From: an uncultured Gammaproteobacteria bacterium
Lineage (GTDB): Bacteria; Patescibacteriota; Patescibacteriia; UBA9934; CAMTUG01
Direction: 5' to 3'
Length of the DNA: 64,000 bases
NCBI GenBank assembly: GCA_964588955.1
Contig: CAZPQJ010000007.1
Span: 3,128 to 67,127, forward strand
In this document: positions 47,759 to 57,580 of the stretch, piece after piece
How the letters are laid out: each line of letters starts with the position of its first letter
How positions within the stretch are numbered: position 1 is the stretch's first letter
Translations under genes and position numbers: made by a program
Notes under the pieces: model-generated
Databases searched by the model: none
What the model was told of the DNA's origin: nothing
What the model saw: only the letters and a program-made list of their open reading frames with translations

Positions 47759-49282
47759 TATGACTTTCTCTTCCTCGCCTAACACCGCCACAAATCCTGC
47801 GTACATCCACAAGTAAATGGCTAGCGATCGCACTTCAAAAAAGGTCGCTAAGAACGCGTTGAGGGCAACAGCAATCATGGCACCAGCAAATCCAAAAGCC
47901 AGTGAGCAGATGAACGGATCTTTGCTCGCGCGCCCCACACGCAGAGCGTAGAAAAACAAGGCCAAGTACATCCACAAGAAAAATCCTATGCCAAGCGTGC
48001 CCGTTTCTCCCCAAATCGAAAACCAGTTATTGTCGATGTACCCCGCCGTTCCATATACGCCAAACGGCAAGCCAAGCGTGTCGTACACTTTGGTGTTGTG
48101 AAACAGAATCGCTGTTCCCCCGCCGTACATGCCTGGCCCCCAACCAAAAATCGGCGCGGCTGGCACAACACTGGTTACCGTTTGCACAACCCAAAACAAT
48201 CGCCCAAGTCCGTAGTACTCCCCTTGCCAACGTTCGTACGAGAAGGCTTCAAAGAACCGTTCGGCAACGGTTTGCTGCGGGACGTCGATCAGGCTATTAA
48301 CGATAATGCCCGTGTAGGCCAAATAGCCAACAATCACGGCAGCGATCACTCCGAGTCCAATCAGCACTTTGCGGTCGCGTCGCACATACAAGGCGATGAA
48401 CAAAAATCCCAAGACAAATCCAAACCAGCTCGAACGCGAGTACGTCAAAATGAGCGCGGGAATGCCGAGCAAAAAAAGCCACGGCAGTTCTTTACGCTCC
48501 GCGCGCACCAATTTTTCATACAAAAAGCTAGCGGCGATGATCAGGAAAAAAGCGAGAAACACCCCCAGGCGGTCGTAACGCCCAAGCGTGGCAAACACGC
48601 GGCTGCCCGCGTCCCAAAACTGAATTGTCCCTTCGGTAATCTGAAACTCGCCAAAAGTGCGTGTTTCTGATGGAAGCAAAAAGGTATCCAAAGGCGTACC
48701 AACAACGGCTTGCGTGAGCGCGATCGCCGCCTGCAGACAAACCACACCAAAAAGTACCATCGTCAATCGGTGGACAAAGGCTTTGTCGGGGCGCAACATG
48801 ATGACCGCAAAGTAAATGAGAATGAAACGGATGATGGAGCGAATACCAAACAAGGCAATCGTCGGATCAACTAAATTGAAGACACTGGAGGCGCCAAGAG
48901 CGATGAGGAAAAAGATGAACGGCATGGTCAATGGATTGGCACGAAACCGTTCGCCGCGGCTGAGCATGCGAATAAGTGCCACGACAAAAATGAGGTACAC
49001 CAATCCTTCAGAAAAAAATCTGGCGAATAGATACAAGTCGTCTGGCATCCACTTGAGCAAAAACGGTTCAAATGGCAAATAGACAGACAAAAACGCCAAG
49101 CTCCAGAGTGGCTTCACGATGGTCAAAAAAAGAAAAACAATGGCGATGAGCGTGCCAAGCACAAACGTTGGCGACAAAAAGACCACGCCAAGCACAGCAA
49201 ACACGAGCACAGCCAAAACAGAAACAAGAATAAGCGGCATGCGCTCGTCGCTGTGCTTATACGCCTCCCGCAAGTTGACCAT
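47756..49282 (-). CDS. O-antigen ligase/polymerase (Wzy_C) family membrane protein
   Basis: Many TM helices; RVFATLG, LTYSRSSW, FGWGPG and DNNW..IWGETG motifs. Confidence 0.85.
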   Translation of the reverse strand: MVNLREAYKHSDERMPLILVSVLAVLVFAVLGVVFLSPTFVLGTLIAIVFLFLTIVKPLWSLAFLSVYLPFEPFLLKWMPDDLYLFARFFSEGLVYLIFVVALIRMLSRGERFRANPLTMPFIFFLIALGASSVFNLVDPTIALFGIRSIIRFILIYFAVIMLRPDKAFVHRLTMVLFGVVCLQAAIALTQAVVGTPLDTFLLPSETRTFGEFQITEGTIQFWDAGSRVFATLGRYDRLGVFLAFFLIIAASFLYEKLVRAERKELPWLFLLGIPALILTYSRSSWFGFVLGFLFIALYVRRDRKVLIGLGVIAAVIVGYLAYTGIIVNSLIDVPQQTVAERFFEAFSYERWQGEYYGLGRLFWVVQTVTSVVPAAPIFGWGPGMYGGGTAILFHNTKVYDTLGLPFGVYGTAGYIDNNWFSIWGETGTLGIGFFLWMYLALFFYALRVGRASKDPFICSLAFGFAGAMIAVALNAFLATFFEVRSLAIYLWMYAGFVAVLGEEEKVI

Positions 49283-49309
49283 AATGGGATTATTATAACA
49301 CAAAGTCAA

Positions 49310-49384
49310 CGCCCCTGAAGGAGTTTCCTTCAGGGGCGTAAGAATCTCTCGCACCCCTTCAGGAAGATCTCCCTTCAGGGCGCG
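49310..49384 (-). terminator. Multi-arm GC-rich hairpin downstream of the last array gene
   Basis: cgcccctgaagg/ccttcaggggcg plus two extra ccttcagg arms; homologous to 57720-57810. Confidence 0.6.
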
Positions 49385-49449
49385 TTGGCGGAGGTCGGTC
49401 CCGCTCTCTTGATACTCGACCTACAGCGGGACTTCTCCTCGCTGGATGC

Positions 49450-51042
49450 CTACTTCCAGTAGGCGTTGATGTAGGCGCCGTCGTTGGCGCCCGTCTTGGA
49501 GCCGTCGCCGTCGTCATCGGTCGAAACCGGGACGGCGAAGAGCGGAGCCTCGTCGTCGCGGTAGAGGTTGCCCACCACCGCGAACTCGTAGACGCCGTCG
49601 CCATCCGTGTCGCCGATGTTGGCGGCCCCCCATTGGACCTCGGCCCCGTCGAAGTACTCGACCTGGAGCACTTCGAACCCCGTGGGGAACTCCATCGGCT
49701 CGGAGACGATCTCGGTGGTCAGCACCCCGAAGTCGGCAGTGGCGATCACGGTCCACTCGAGGGTGTCCCAGCTCCAGGACCAGATCTGCCCCCCGTAGAA
49801 GCCCTCAGGGAGCTCCCAGGTGACGATCGAGAGGCCGTCGTCGATCTCCGTGCCGGTGTCGGCGGTATCGGCGTCGACAGCCGTGTCGGAGTCCTCGGTC
49901 CCGACGCCCGTGCCCGCGGTGTCCGCCGCGGAGTCGATGCCGGTCTCGACGGACCCGGTGGCCGTGTCGACCGTGCCGGTGTCGGTGGCCGTGTCGGAGT
50001 CGACCGCGGTGTCGGCCTCGGCGGTGTCGCTGTCCGCGACCGCGCCGGAGTCCGAGTCGACGAGCACGATACCGGAATCGCTCCCGGTGTCCGTGTCGCT
50101 GTCGACGCCGGTGTCGATCGCGCCGGTGTCGGTGTCCTCGGGCAGACAGTCGTCGCCCTCGTCCACCTGGCCGTCGCAGTCGTTGTCGATCTTGTCGCAC
50201 TCCTCGACGGCGCTCGGGTTGATGGCCTCCGCGTTGTCGTCGCAGTCGATCGCGCCGCTGACGGTGGTGAAACCGTCGCCGTCACAGTCGTTGTCGACGC
50301 ACGGGTCTTCCTCCGCGGAATCCGCCGCGGTGTCGGTGTCCCCGGTGCCGCCGGAGTCGACGGTGCCGGAGTCTTCGGGCTCGGCGCCCGTGTCGACGAC
50401 CTCGCAGCCCTCGTCGACCAGCCCGTCGCAGTCGTCGTCCCGCTCGTTGGAGCAGGTCTCGACCGCACCGGGGTTGACCGACTTGTAGTCGTCGTCACAG
50501 TCGCCCGGGAGGCTCGCGTCGGCGCACTCGGCGCCTTCACAGAACCCGTCGCCGTCGTTGTCGTATTCGCCGACCACGGTGCCGCTGTCAGCGTCCGTGT
50601 CGGAATCGGTGTCGGTGTCCGCGTCCGAATCCGTGTCGGCATCCGTGTCCGAGTCCGCATCGGTGTCGCTGTCGGAATCCGAATCGGTGTCCGAGTCCGT
50701 GTCAGCGTCCGTGTCGGAATCGGTGTCGGTGTCCGCGTCGGAGTCGGTGTCCGTGTCCGCCTCGCCGGTATCGACACTGCCGCTGCCGGCCGTGTCGACG
50801 ATCTCGCCGGTGTCGGTGTCCGTGCCCGAGTCCGTGTTGGTGTCCACGATCCCCGAGTCTTCCCCGGAGTCCGTCTCGACCGTTCCCGTCTCGGTGTCCG
50901 CCGTGTCGACCGGGGCGCTGTCGCCCGTGTCGATCTCGCCCGTCTCCCCCTGCTCGACGCTGCCGGTGTCGGCGACATCGTAGTCGAGGTCGATCGGGTT
51001 GCTGTCGCAGCCGACGAGGATCAAGCTGATGATCAGGAACAT
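49450..51042 (-). CDS. GC-rich lipoprotein-like protein with MopE-type (PF11617-like) Cys/Asp repeats and a DTDSD repeat
   Basis: AAGGAG SD; MFLIISLILVGC lipobox-like signal; DCDD..PGA.E.C..DDDCDG..DE repeats. Confidence 0.85.
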   Translation of the reverse strand: MFLIISLILVGCDSNPIDLDYDVADTGSVEQGETGEIDTGDSAPVDTADTETGTVETDSGEDSGIVDTNTDSGTDTDTGEIVDTAGSGSVDTGEADTDTDSDADTDTDSDTDADTDSDTDSDSDSDTDADSDTDADTDSDADTDTDSDTDADSGTVVGEYDNDGDGFCEGAECADASLPGDCDDDYKSVNPGAVETCSNERDDDCDGLVDEGCEVVDTGAEPEDSGTVDSGGTGDTDTAADSAEEDPCVDNDCDGDGFTTVSGAIDCDDNAEAINPSAVEECDKIDNDCDGQVDEGDDCLPEDTDTGAIDTGVDSDTDTGSDSGIVLVDSDSGAVADSDTAEADTAVDSDTATDTGTVDTATGSVETGIDSAADTAGTGVGTEDSDTAVDADTADTGTEIDDGLSIVTWELPEGFYGGQIWSWSWDTLEWTVIATADFGVLTTEIVSEPMEFPTGFEVLQVEYFDGAEVQWGAANIGDTDGDGVYEFAVVGNLYRDDEAPLFAVPVSTDDDGDGSKTGANDGAYINAYWK

Positions 51043-51195
51043 GTGGGTCTCCTTGCAGGCACTCTGGCCTGCCATGGGTTCACGCTTTCAGGAACGTCTC
51101 AAACGCACAAACGTGGATTGCGCTCGAGAAAAGGGAGGAGATTCGGCTCCTTTGTCCTAGTTCCGCAACGATTTACCATCATCACGAAACAGGAA

Positions 51196-51224
51196 AATAT
51201 AGCATAAAAATGGGGTTTTGTCAA
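51196..51224 (-). promoter_or_regulatory. sigma70 promoter
   Basis: TTGACA-N17-TATATT with TG extension. Confidence 0.7.
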
Positions 51225-51339
51225 TGGTACATGGCCAATATTGGCCAAAAAATGCCATTAAACGCGAAGACGCCGCCCGAGGAGTGAACCTGGGCGGACG
51301 TCGTTGGAGGTCAGGGCCCGGTCGGGTTGGTAGAAGCGG

Positions 51340-52857
51340 CTAGGGGGCGGTGATCATGCGGGAGTAGTCGCCGTCGCCGTCGGGGTCGACCAGGGTGACG
51401 GAGTTGGGCACCCCGTCCGTGCTGGAGTGGATGCTGGCCGAGGCGTCGTCGGCGAGCGAGGTGCCGTCCGGGAAGTAGGCGTCGACGGTGGCGCTGTCGC
51501 TGCCGCCGAGGCACAGGTCCATGGTGAAGGCGAAGTACCAGGAGGTGCCGCCGAGGAAGCTACTCGAGACCGTCACCCCGACCACGCCTTCCGGGGACCA
51601 CTCGCCGCTGAGCGCCGAGCCACCCCCGGTGACTTCGGCCACGAACGAGTCGGGCTGGCCGTTGTTGCTGTTCAACTCGACCAGGAACTCGCACGGATCC
51701 TCGTCGACGCTACCGTCACAGTCGTTGTCGAGGCCGTCGCTGCCCTTGTCGGCGGCGCCGGGGTGGATGGTGTCGTCGGTGTCGTCGCAGTCGTCGTCGT
51801 TGTCGACGTAGTCGGAGGGAGCCGTGCAACTCGTGAAGGTGTCACTCGGGTCGCCGTAGCCGTCCTCGTCGCCGTCGTAGTAGCGGGTGACCTCGTCGAC
51901 CGCGCGGTCGTGGATGTCGCCGTCGCAGTCGTTGTCCACGCCGTCGGTGGCGCAGGTCTCCGGGGCGCCGGTGTAGGTGGCGGCGTCGTAGTCGTTGCAG
52001 TCGAGGGTGTTGTCGACGAAGCCACCGGGCGCCTCGCAGCCTTCGGTGGAGGAGCTGGCGTTGCCCTGGCCGTCGGCGTCGACGTCGGCGTAGAAGGGAC
52101 TCATCACCCCCTCGTCGACGCTCTCGTCACAGTTGTCGTCGACGCCGTTGCAGGACTCGGGGGCACCGGGGTAGATGGTGCCGTCGTCGTCGTTGCAGTC
52201 GTCGGCGTTGGCCGACCACCCGGGGAAGGCCTCGCAGGCGAGGATCGTCGACGCGTTGCTGCCGTAGGTGTCGCCGTCGGCGTCGATGTAGATGGTGGTG
52301 TAGAGACCCTCCTCGTCCGTGTCGACCCAGGTGTCCCAGGTGTCGCAGTCGTTGGGCTGACCGTCACAGACCTCCGGCGCGCCGGGGTAGATCCAGGCGT
52401 TGTCGTCGTCGCAGTCCCAATGGAACTCGCTCGGGTCGCCGTCACCGTCCTCATCGTAGTAGTCGTCGTCGGTGAGCTGCTCGTAGGCGTCGGAGAGCTC
52501 CCCGCCGTTGGCTGCCACGAACTCCTCGAGGGTGTCGATGTCGCAGGCCATGGCCACGCCGTTGCTGTCGTTGAAGCCGTCGCCGTCGCTGTCCATGGCC
52601 CAGATGTTGTCGACGTGGTAGGTGTCGGCGTCGTCGGCCGCGCCGTCGCAGTCGTTGTCGACTCCTCCGTCGCACAGCTCGACCGCCCCGGGGTGGATGT
52701 TGGGGTCGGCGTCATCGCAGTCCCCGCCGAGCTCGGTGTAGCTGTCTCCGTCGTCGTCGACGTAGTAGCCCTTCTCGGTCGAACCCGACTTGTCAGTGGG
52801 ATTGCGACCGGTACCGGCACAGGCCGCGAGGAGGAGGATGAGGGAAAGGTAGCGCAT
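51340..52857 (-). CDS. GC-rich lipoprotein-like protein with MopE-type repeats
   Basis: GGAG SD; MRYLSLILLLAAC; five DC.D...PGA repeats; downstream hairpin at 51269-51302. Confidence 0.85.
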   Translation of the reverse strand: MRYLSLILLLAACAGTGRNPTDKSGSTEKGYYVDDDGDSYTELGGDCDDADPNIHPGAVELCDGGVDNDCDGAADDADTYHVDNIWAMDSDGDGFNDSNGVAMACDIDTLEEFVAANGGELSDAYEQLTDDDYYDEDGDGDPSEFHWDCDDDNAWIYPGAPEVCDGQPNDCDTWDTWVDTDEEGLYTTIYIDADGDTYGSNASTILACEAFPGWSANADDCNDDDGTIYPGAPESCNGVDDNCDESVDEGVMSPFYADVDADGQGNASSSTEGCEAPGGFVDNTLDCNDYDAATYTGAPETCATDGVDNDCDGDIHDRAVDEVTRYYDGDEDGYGDPSDTFTSCTAPSDYVDNDDDCDDTDDTIHPGAADKGSDGLDNDCDGSVDEDPCEFLVELNSNNGQPDSFVAEVTGGGSALSGEWSPEGVVGVTVSSSFLGGTSWYFAFTMDLCLGGSDSATVDAYFPDGTSLADDASASIHSSTDGVPNSVTLVDPDGDGDYSRMITAP

Positions 52858-52933
52858 CTCGATTGACTCCGTTGGGGTGATCTCCCTAAGAAAAGCACTT
52901 GGAAACCCAGTAACTTCCGCATGGGGAGATAGG

Positions 52934-52962
52934 GTTATACCCAGGAACTGTCAAATTGTCAA
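52934..52962 (-). promoter_or_regulatory. sigma70 promoter
   Basis: TTGACA-N17-TATAAC. Confidence 0.7.
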
Positions 52963-53018
52963 TATAATGAGGATCCCCTCAGGAAGAGCGCTTCCCGAGG
53001 GGATCTTGAGAAACCCGG

Positions 53019-54629
53019 TCAAAACTTGCCGTCACAGTCGTCGTCGTAGGCGTCGTCGGGCGCGTCGTAGGCGCCGGGGTGGGTGGAGTCGTTGCTGTCG
53101 TCGCAGTCGCCGTTGTGGTCGACGTAGCCTTCCGGACAGATTCCGTCCTTGGCGGCAATCCCGCCCACGGAGTCGCCGTAGCCGTCGTTGTCGGCGTCCG
53201 GGAAGCAGGCCACTTCGCAGACGTTGTCTTCGTCGATGACGCCGTCACCGTTGTTGTCGACGCCGTCGCACTCCTCGACGTCACTGCAGTCCGCGATCCC
53301 GTCGCTGTCGGCGTCGAAACCTTCGTCAACCTCATCATCGCAGTCGTCGTCGAGGCCGTTGCAGATCTCTTCCGCGTCGGGGTTGATCGCCGCGTCGGCA
53401 TCGTCACAGTCGCCGCTCTCCGCGATGTAGCCAGAGGGCGCGCTGCAGTTCTCGATGCTGTCGCGACTGTCACCGAAGCCGTCGTTGTCGCCATCGTAGT
53501 ACCAGGTGGTGGCTCCGGTGGCGTCGGACTCGTCGGTGGTGCCGTCGCAGTCGTTGTCCGCGCTGTCGCAGACCTCGCTCGCGCCGGGGTTGATCGTCGA
53601 ATCGCCGTCGTCGCAGTCGCCCTTGGCTTCGACGTAGCCGCTCGGGGCGGTGCAGGTCGTCTCGCTCTTGCGGGCGAGGCCGTACCCGTCGCTGTCCGCG
53701 TCGAGGTAGAACGTGGAAGTGCCCACGGCGCTGTCGGGATCGATCTCGCCATCGCAGTCGTCGTCGAGGCCGTTGCAGGTCTCGATCGCGTCCGGGTTCA
53801 CTTCCGCGCTCGTGTCGTCGCAGTCGCCCGCGTCCACCACGTAGCCCGAGGGCTCGTAGCAACTGACGACCGCGTCGCCCGGGTTGCCGAAGCTGTCACC
53901 GTCGTTGTCCGCGAACCAGGTCGGGGCACCGAAGGCGTCGCCCTCGTCGACGCTGCCATCGCAGTCGTTGTCGAGGCCGTCGCAGTACTCGGTAGCGCCC
54001 AGGTGCACGCCCACGTCGGCGTCGTTGCAGTCGTCGGCGTTCTCGACGTACTCCTCGGGCACGGAACAGGCCAGGGTGGAGGAACTCGCGTTCCCCTGCC
54101 CGTCGCCGTCCGCGTCTTCGTAGAACGTCAGCTCGACGCCTTCGTCGACGCCCCCGTCGCAGTCGTTGTCCGCACTGTCGCAGACTTCGCTCGCGCTCGG
54201 GTTGACGTCGCTGCGCGCGTCGTCGCAGTCGTTGGCGTTCACGACGTAGCTCGGGATCTCCACGCAGGTGGTGATCTCGATGCTGGCGTCGCCGTAGCCG
54301 TCGCCGTCGCCGTCGAAGTAGCGCGCGTCGCCATCGTCGCTCTCGCCATCGCAGTTGTCGTCCACGCCGTTGCCGCAGATCTCGGCCACGCCAGGGTTGA
54401 CGCTCGCGTTGTTGTCGTCGCAGTCGGCCTCAGCGCCGTAGCCGTCGCCGTCGTTGTCCGTGTCGACGACCCCACCGCTGTCGCTGTCGACGTTGGTGTC
54501 GCTGTCGTCGCCGCCGGTCTCGACGTTGCCGGTCTCTTCGACCGAATCGGCCGAGTCGACATCGTCCGAATCCCCGTTGTACGGGGGCAGGAACATGTCC
54601 ATGCAGGCACTCAAAAGGAGCAAGATCAC
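53019..54629 (-). CDS. GC-rich lipoprotein-like protein composed almost wholly of MopE-type repeats
   Basis: GGAGG SD with GTG start; MILLLLSAC; downstream hairpin gatcccctc/gaggggatc at 52971-53005. Confidence 0.85.
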   Translation of the reverse strand: MILLLLSACMDMFLPPYNGDSDDVDSADSVEETGNVETGGDDSDTNVDSDSGGVVDTDNDGDGYGAEADCDDNNASVNPGVAEICGNGVDDNCDGESDDGDARYFDGDGDGYGDASIEITTCVEIPSYVVNANDCDDARSDVNPSASEVCDSADNDCDGGVDEGVELTFYEDADGDGQGNASSSTLACSVPEEYVENADDCNDADVGVHLGATEYCDGLDNDCDGSVDEGDAFGAPTWFADNDGDSFGNPGDAVVSCYEPSGYVVDAGDCDDTSAEVNPDAIETCNGLDDDCDGEIDPDSAVGTSTFYLDADSDGYGLARKSETTCTAPSGYVEAKGDCDDGDSTINPGASEVCDSADNDCDGTTDESDATGATTWYYDGDNDGFGDSRDSIENCSAPSGYIAESGDCDDADAAINPDAEEICNGLDDDCDDEVDEGFDADSDGIADCSDVEECDGVDNNGDGVIDEDNVCEVACFPDADNDGYGDSVGGIAAKDGICPEGYVDHNGDCDDSNDSTHPGAYDAPDDAYDDDCDGKF

Positions 54630-54822
54630 GGGACCTCCAGGGTAGGATAATCTTCAAAACAGAGCAGGCCCCTATTTTGAAGATCGGTTGGGGAAAAGTG
54701 CTAATCGTTGCTTTTGGCCTGACTTATGCCCTTGTCAGTCCAAAAACACCTCTCAAATTAGCCTTGTTTTCCTTGTCCGCGAACTGTAGTTCTTATCACG
54801 ATAATCAAGAAACGTCAAGCAA

Positions 54823-54857
54823 TTGCGCCTCCCCAGGGAGTACCCGGGGAGGCGCAA
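54823..54857 (-). terminator. GC-rich 3' hairpin
   Basis: ttgcgcctcccc...ggggaggcgcaa just after the stop codon; paralogous to 56826-56860. Confidence 0.7.
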
Positions 54858-54868
54858 GCAGTCAGGGA

Positions 54869-56722
54869 CTAGCCGTCGATGATGCCGTCGCAGTCGTCGT
54901 CGAAGCCGTTGCAGGCGGCCTCAGGGGTGACACCATCGTCCCCCAGGCAGTCTTCGGCGCCCGGGTGAACCCCGGAGTCCTCGTCGCTGCAGTCGCCGTC
55001 GCAGACGGTGTAGCCATCGCCGTCCGCGTCAGTGGTGTCCGTATCCGGGTTGATACCGGCATCGTTATCGTCGCAGTCGTCGGCGTTGTCAACGTAACCT
55101 TCGGGCGCCACACAGGCGTCGTAGGTGACGCTCGCGTCGCCGAAGCCGTCGCCATCGGCGTCGGCGTAGAACGTGCTGGTGTCGATCGCGGAGTCTTCGT
55201 CCACGTCGCCGTCGCAGTCGTTGTCGACGCCGTCGCAGAGTTCGTCGGCGTCGGGGTTGATCAACGGATCCATGTCGTCGCACTCGGAGCACGCTGCGAA
55301 CCCATCGCCATCCGCGTCTTCGACCCCCACCGACCCATCGCAGTTGTAGTCGAGGCCAGCGTTACAGGCCTCGGGCGCGCCGGGGTAGTAGGCGGCATCG
55401 CTGTCGTCGCAGTCGTCGACGTTGTCGACGTAGCCCTCCGGCGCCACGCAAGCGTCGTAGGTGACGCTCGCGTCGCCGTAGCCGTCGCCGTCCGCATCGG
55501 CGTACCAGGTGCTCGCGTCGATCGCATCGTCCTCGTCCACGTCGCCATCGCAGTCGTTGTCGACCTCGTCGCAGAGCTCGTCGGCGTCGGGGTTGATGTC
55601 GACGTTGGAGTCGTCGCAGTCAGTGGTGGTTCGCGCGTAGCCAACGACGCTACCGCAGGAAATGATCGATCCAGAGGGATCGCTCGATCCGTAGCCATCG
55701 TCGTCAGCATCAAGGTAGAGCGGCACCGCGTCCAGCGCGGAGTACTCATCCGTCTCCCCGTCGCAGTCGTCGTCCTTGCCGTTGCAGTACTCGTCGGCGT
55801 CGGGGTAGATGGCTGCGTCGCTGTCGTTGCAGTCAACGTCGCTCGTGTAGCCGTCGCCGTCGAGATCGACAGGCGCGGTGTCGACGATCACGCCACTGTC
55901 ACCGGTGTCGGCCGTGTCGATCGTACCGGTGTCACCCGTGTCCGTGGTGTCGACGATCCCTCCGGTGTCGGTGTCGATCGCGGTGTCCACGGTGTCACCC
56001 GTGCCAGTGTCGCCGGTGTCGGCCGTGTCGACCGTACCGGTGTCGGTGTCCTCAAGCGGACAGATCTCGCCTTCGTCCACGTCGCCGTCGCAGTCGTTGT
56101 CCGCGCTGTCGCAGACTTCGGTGGCGCCGGGGTTGATGGCGTAGCTCGTGTCGTCACAGTCGTCCCCGTTGAAGACATACCCAATGGGGATGTCGCACTG
56201 CACCTGGATGGTCGAGGCGTCGCCGTAGCCGTCGTGATCCGCATCCTCGTACAAGGTGAACATGTCCTCGGCGGCGTTGTCGACATAGCCGTCGCAGTTG
56301 TCGTCGAGGTTGTTGCACGCCTCGAGCGCGCCGGGGTGAACGGCCGCGTCGGAGTCGTCGCAATCGTCGGACTCCAGCACCCAGGCTGCGCCATCGGAAG
56401 GCTGGCTGCAGCTTTCGTAGGCATCCTCGGTTTTGCCGTAGCCGTCGCCGTCGAGATCGAGGTACCAGGTACGTGTTCCCTCTTCGTCGACCTCGCCATC
56501 GCAGTCGTTGTCGACATCATCGCAGACTTCGGTGGCGTCCGGGTGGACGGCCGCATCGTTGTCGTCGCAGTCCTCGTCGGAACCGTAGCCGTCGCCGTCC
56601 GCGTCAAGCGCGGGCAGGCTGACGGAATCGTCAATCGCCGTCTCGTCGTTTCCGCCCTTCCCCGAGTCTTGCGGGAGGGGGCAGCCAGCGAGAAGAAACA
56701 GGAACAGGATGAAGGAACGCAT
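54869..56722 (-). CDS. GC-rich lipoprotein-like protein with MopE-type repeats and DTG linker
   Basis: GGAG SD; MRSFILFLFLLAGC; internal near-duplicate repeat units. Confidence 0.85.
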   Translation of the reverse strand: MRSFILFLFLLAGCPLPQDSGKGGNDETAIDDSVSLPALDADGDGYGSDEDCDDNDAAVHPDATEVCDDVDNDCDGEVDEEGTRTWYLDLDGDGYGKTEDAYESCSQPSDGAAWVLESDDCDDSDAAVHPGALEACNNLDDNCDGYVDNAAEDMFTLYEDADHDGYGDASTIQVQCDIPIGYVFNGDDCDDTSYAINPGATEVCDSADNDCDGDVDEGEICPLEDTDTGTVDTADTGDTGTGDTVDTAIDTDTGGIVDTTDTGDTGTIDTADTGDSGVIVDTAPVDLDGDGYTSDVDCNDSDAAIYPDADEYCNGKDDDCDGETDEYSALDAVPLYLDADDDGYGSSDPSGSIISCGSVVGYARTTTDCDDSNVDINPDADELCDEVDNDCDGDVDEDDAIDASTWYADADGDGYGDASVTYDACVAPEGYVDNVDDCDDSDAAYYPGAPEACNAGLDYNCDGSVGVEDADGDGFAACSECDDMDPLINPDADELCDGVDNDCDGDVDEDSAIDTSTFYADADGDGFGDASVTYDACVAPEGYVDNADDCDDNDAGINPDTDTTDADGDGYTVCDGDCSDEDSGVHPGAEDCLGDDGVTPEAACNGFDDDCDGIIDG

Positions 56723-56782
56723 CGTTTTCTCCGGTCTTGGTGGGTGGGTCATACGGCTCTTTTGGTTTAGAGCCGACAAAGA

Positions 56783-56811
56783 AACCTACACGTTAAAGAC
56801 CAAAAAGTCAA
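56783..56811 (-). promoter_or_regulatory. sigma70-like promoter
   Basis: TTGACT-N17-TAGGTT; homologous to 57539-57567. Confidence 0.6.
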
Positions 56812-56825
56812 GGGTTAAGACGTCA

Positions 56826-56860
56826 TTACGCCTCCCCAGGGAGTACCCGGGGAGGCGTAA
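56826..56860 (-). terminator. GC-rich 3' hairpin
   Basis: ttacgcctcccc...ggggaggcgtaa. Confidence 0.7.
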
Positions 56861-56870
56861 AAGTCAGGGA

Positions 56871-57473
56871 CTAGCCGTCCTTCTTGCCGTCACAATCGTC
56901 GTCGATGCCGTTGCAGCCTGCCTGCGGGGTGACCCCGTCATCGGCCAGGCAATCTTCTGCGCCCGGGTACATGCCGTTGTCCGCGTCGTTACAATCGCCG
57001 GCGCAAGTCGTGTAGCCATCGCCGTCGCTGTCGAAGCCTTCATCAACGCCGCCGTCGCAGTCGTCGTCGAGGCCGTCGCAGATCTCCATGGCGTTCGGGT
57101 TGATGACCGAGGAGGTGTCGTCACAGTCGGTGTTGTCGACCACGTAGCCCGCGACTTCCTCGCAGGAGGTGACCATCGCGCCCGCGTCCCCGAAGCCGTC
57201 GGCGTCGAGGTCGAGGTAGTAGAGGGTGGCGTCCGTGGCCGCGTTGTCCACTTGGCCGTCGCAGTTGTCGTCGAAGCCGTTGCAGACTTCTTCTGCCCCG
57301 GGGTAGACGCTCGCGTTGTCATCGTCACAGTCGTCGCCGAACACGAACCCGTCGTGGTCGCTGTCGATCTGATCGACGCCCGCTGTGGAATCGACCACTT
57401 CCGACGCCGTGTCGACATCGTTGAGTTGGATCGACGCAGAGGAACAGGCCAGCAAGAAGATAATCAAGGACAT
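56871..57473 (-). CDS. Short GC-rich lipoprotein-like protein with MopE-type repeats
   Basis: GGAG SD; MSLIIFLLAC; C-terminus paralogous to 54869..56722. Confidence 0.85.
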   Translation of the reverse strand: MSLIIFLLACSSASIQLNDVDTASEVVDSTAGVDQIDSDHDGFVFGDDCDDDNASVYPGAEEVCNGFDDNCDGQVDNAATDATLYYLDLDADGFGDAGAMVTSCEEVAGYVVDNTDCDDTSSVINPNAMEICDGLDDDCDGGVDEGFDSDGDGYTTCAGDCNDADNGMYPGAEDCLADDGVTPQAGCNGIDDDCDGKKDG

Positions 57474-57538
57474 GGATGATCTCCGGTAGAGATATGGATG
57501 CCATTTGCAGGTCTCTTGTAATCAAGAGCCAACAAAGA

Positions 57539-57567
57539 AACCTACACGCCGGAAGCCGAAAGGTCAA
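57539..57567 (-). promoter_or_regulatory. sigma70-like promoter
   Basis: TTGACC-N17-TAGGTT. Confidence 0.6.
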
Positions 57568-57580
57568 GGGTGGTAATACG

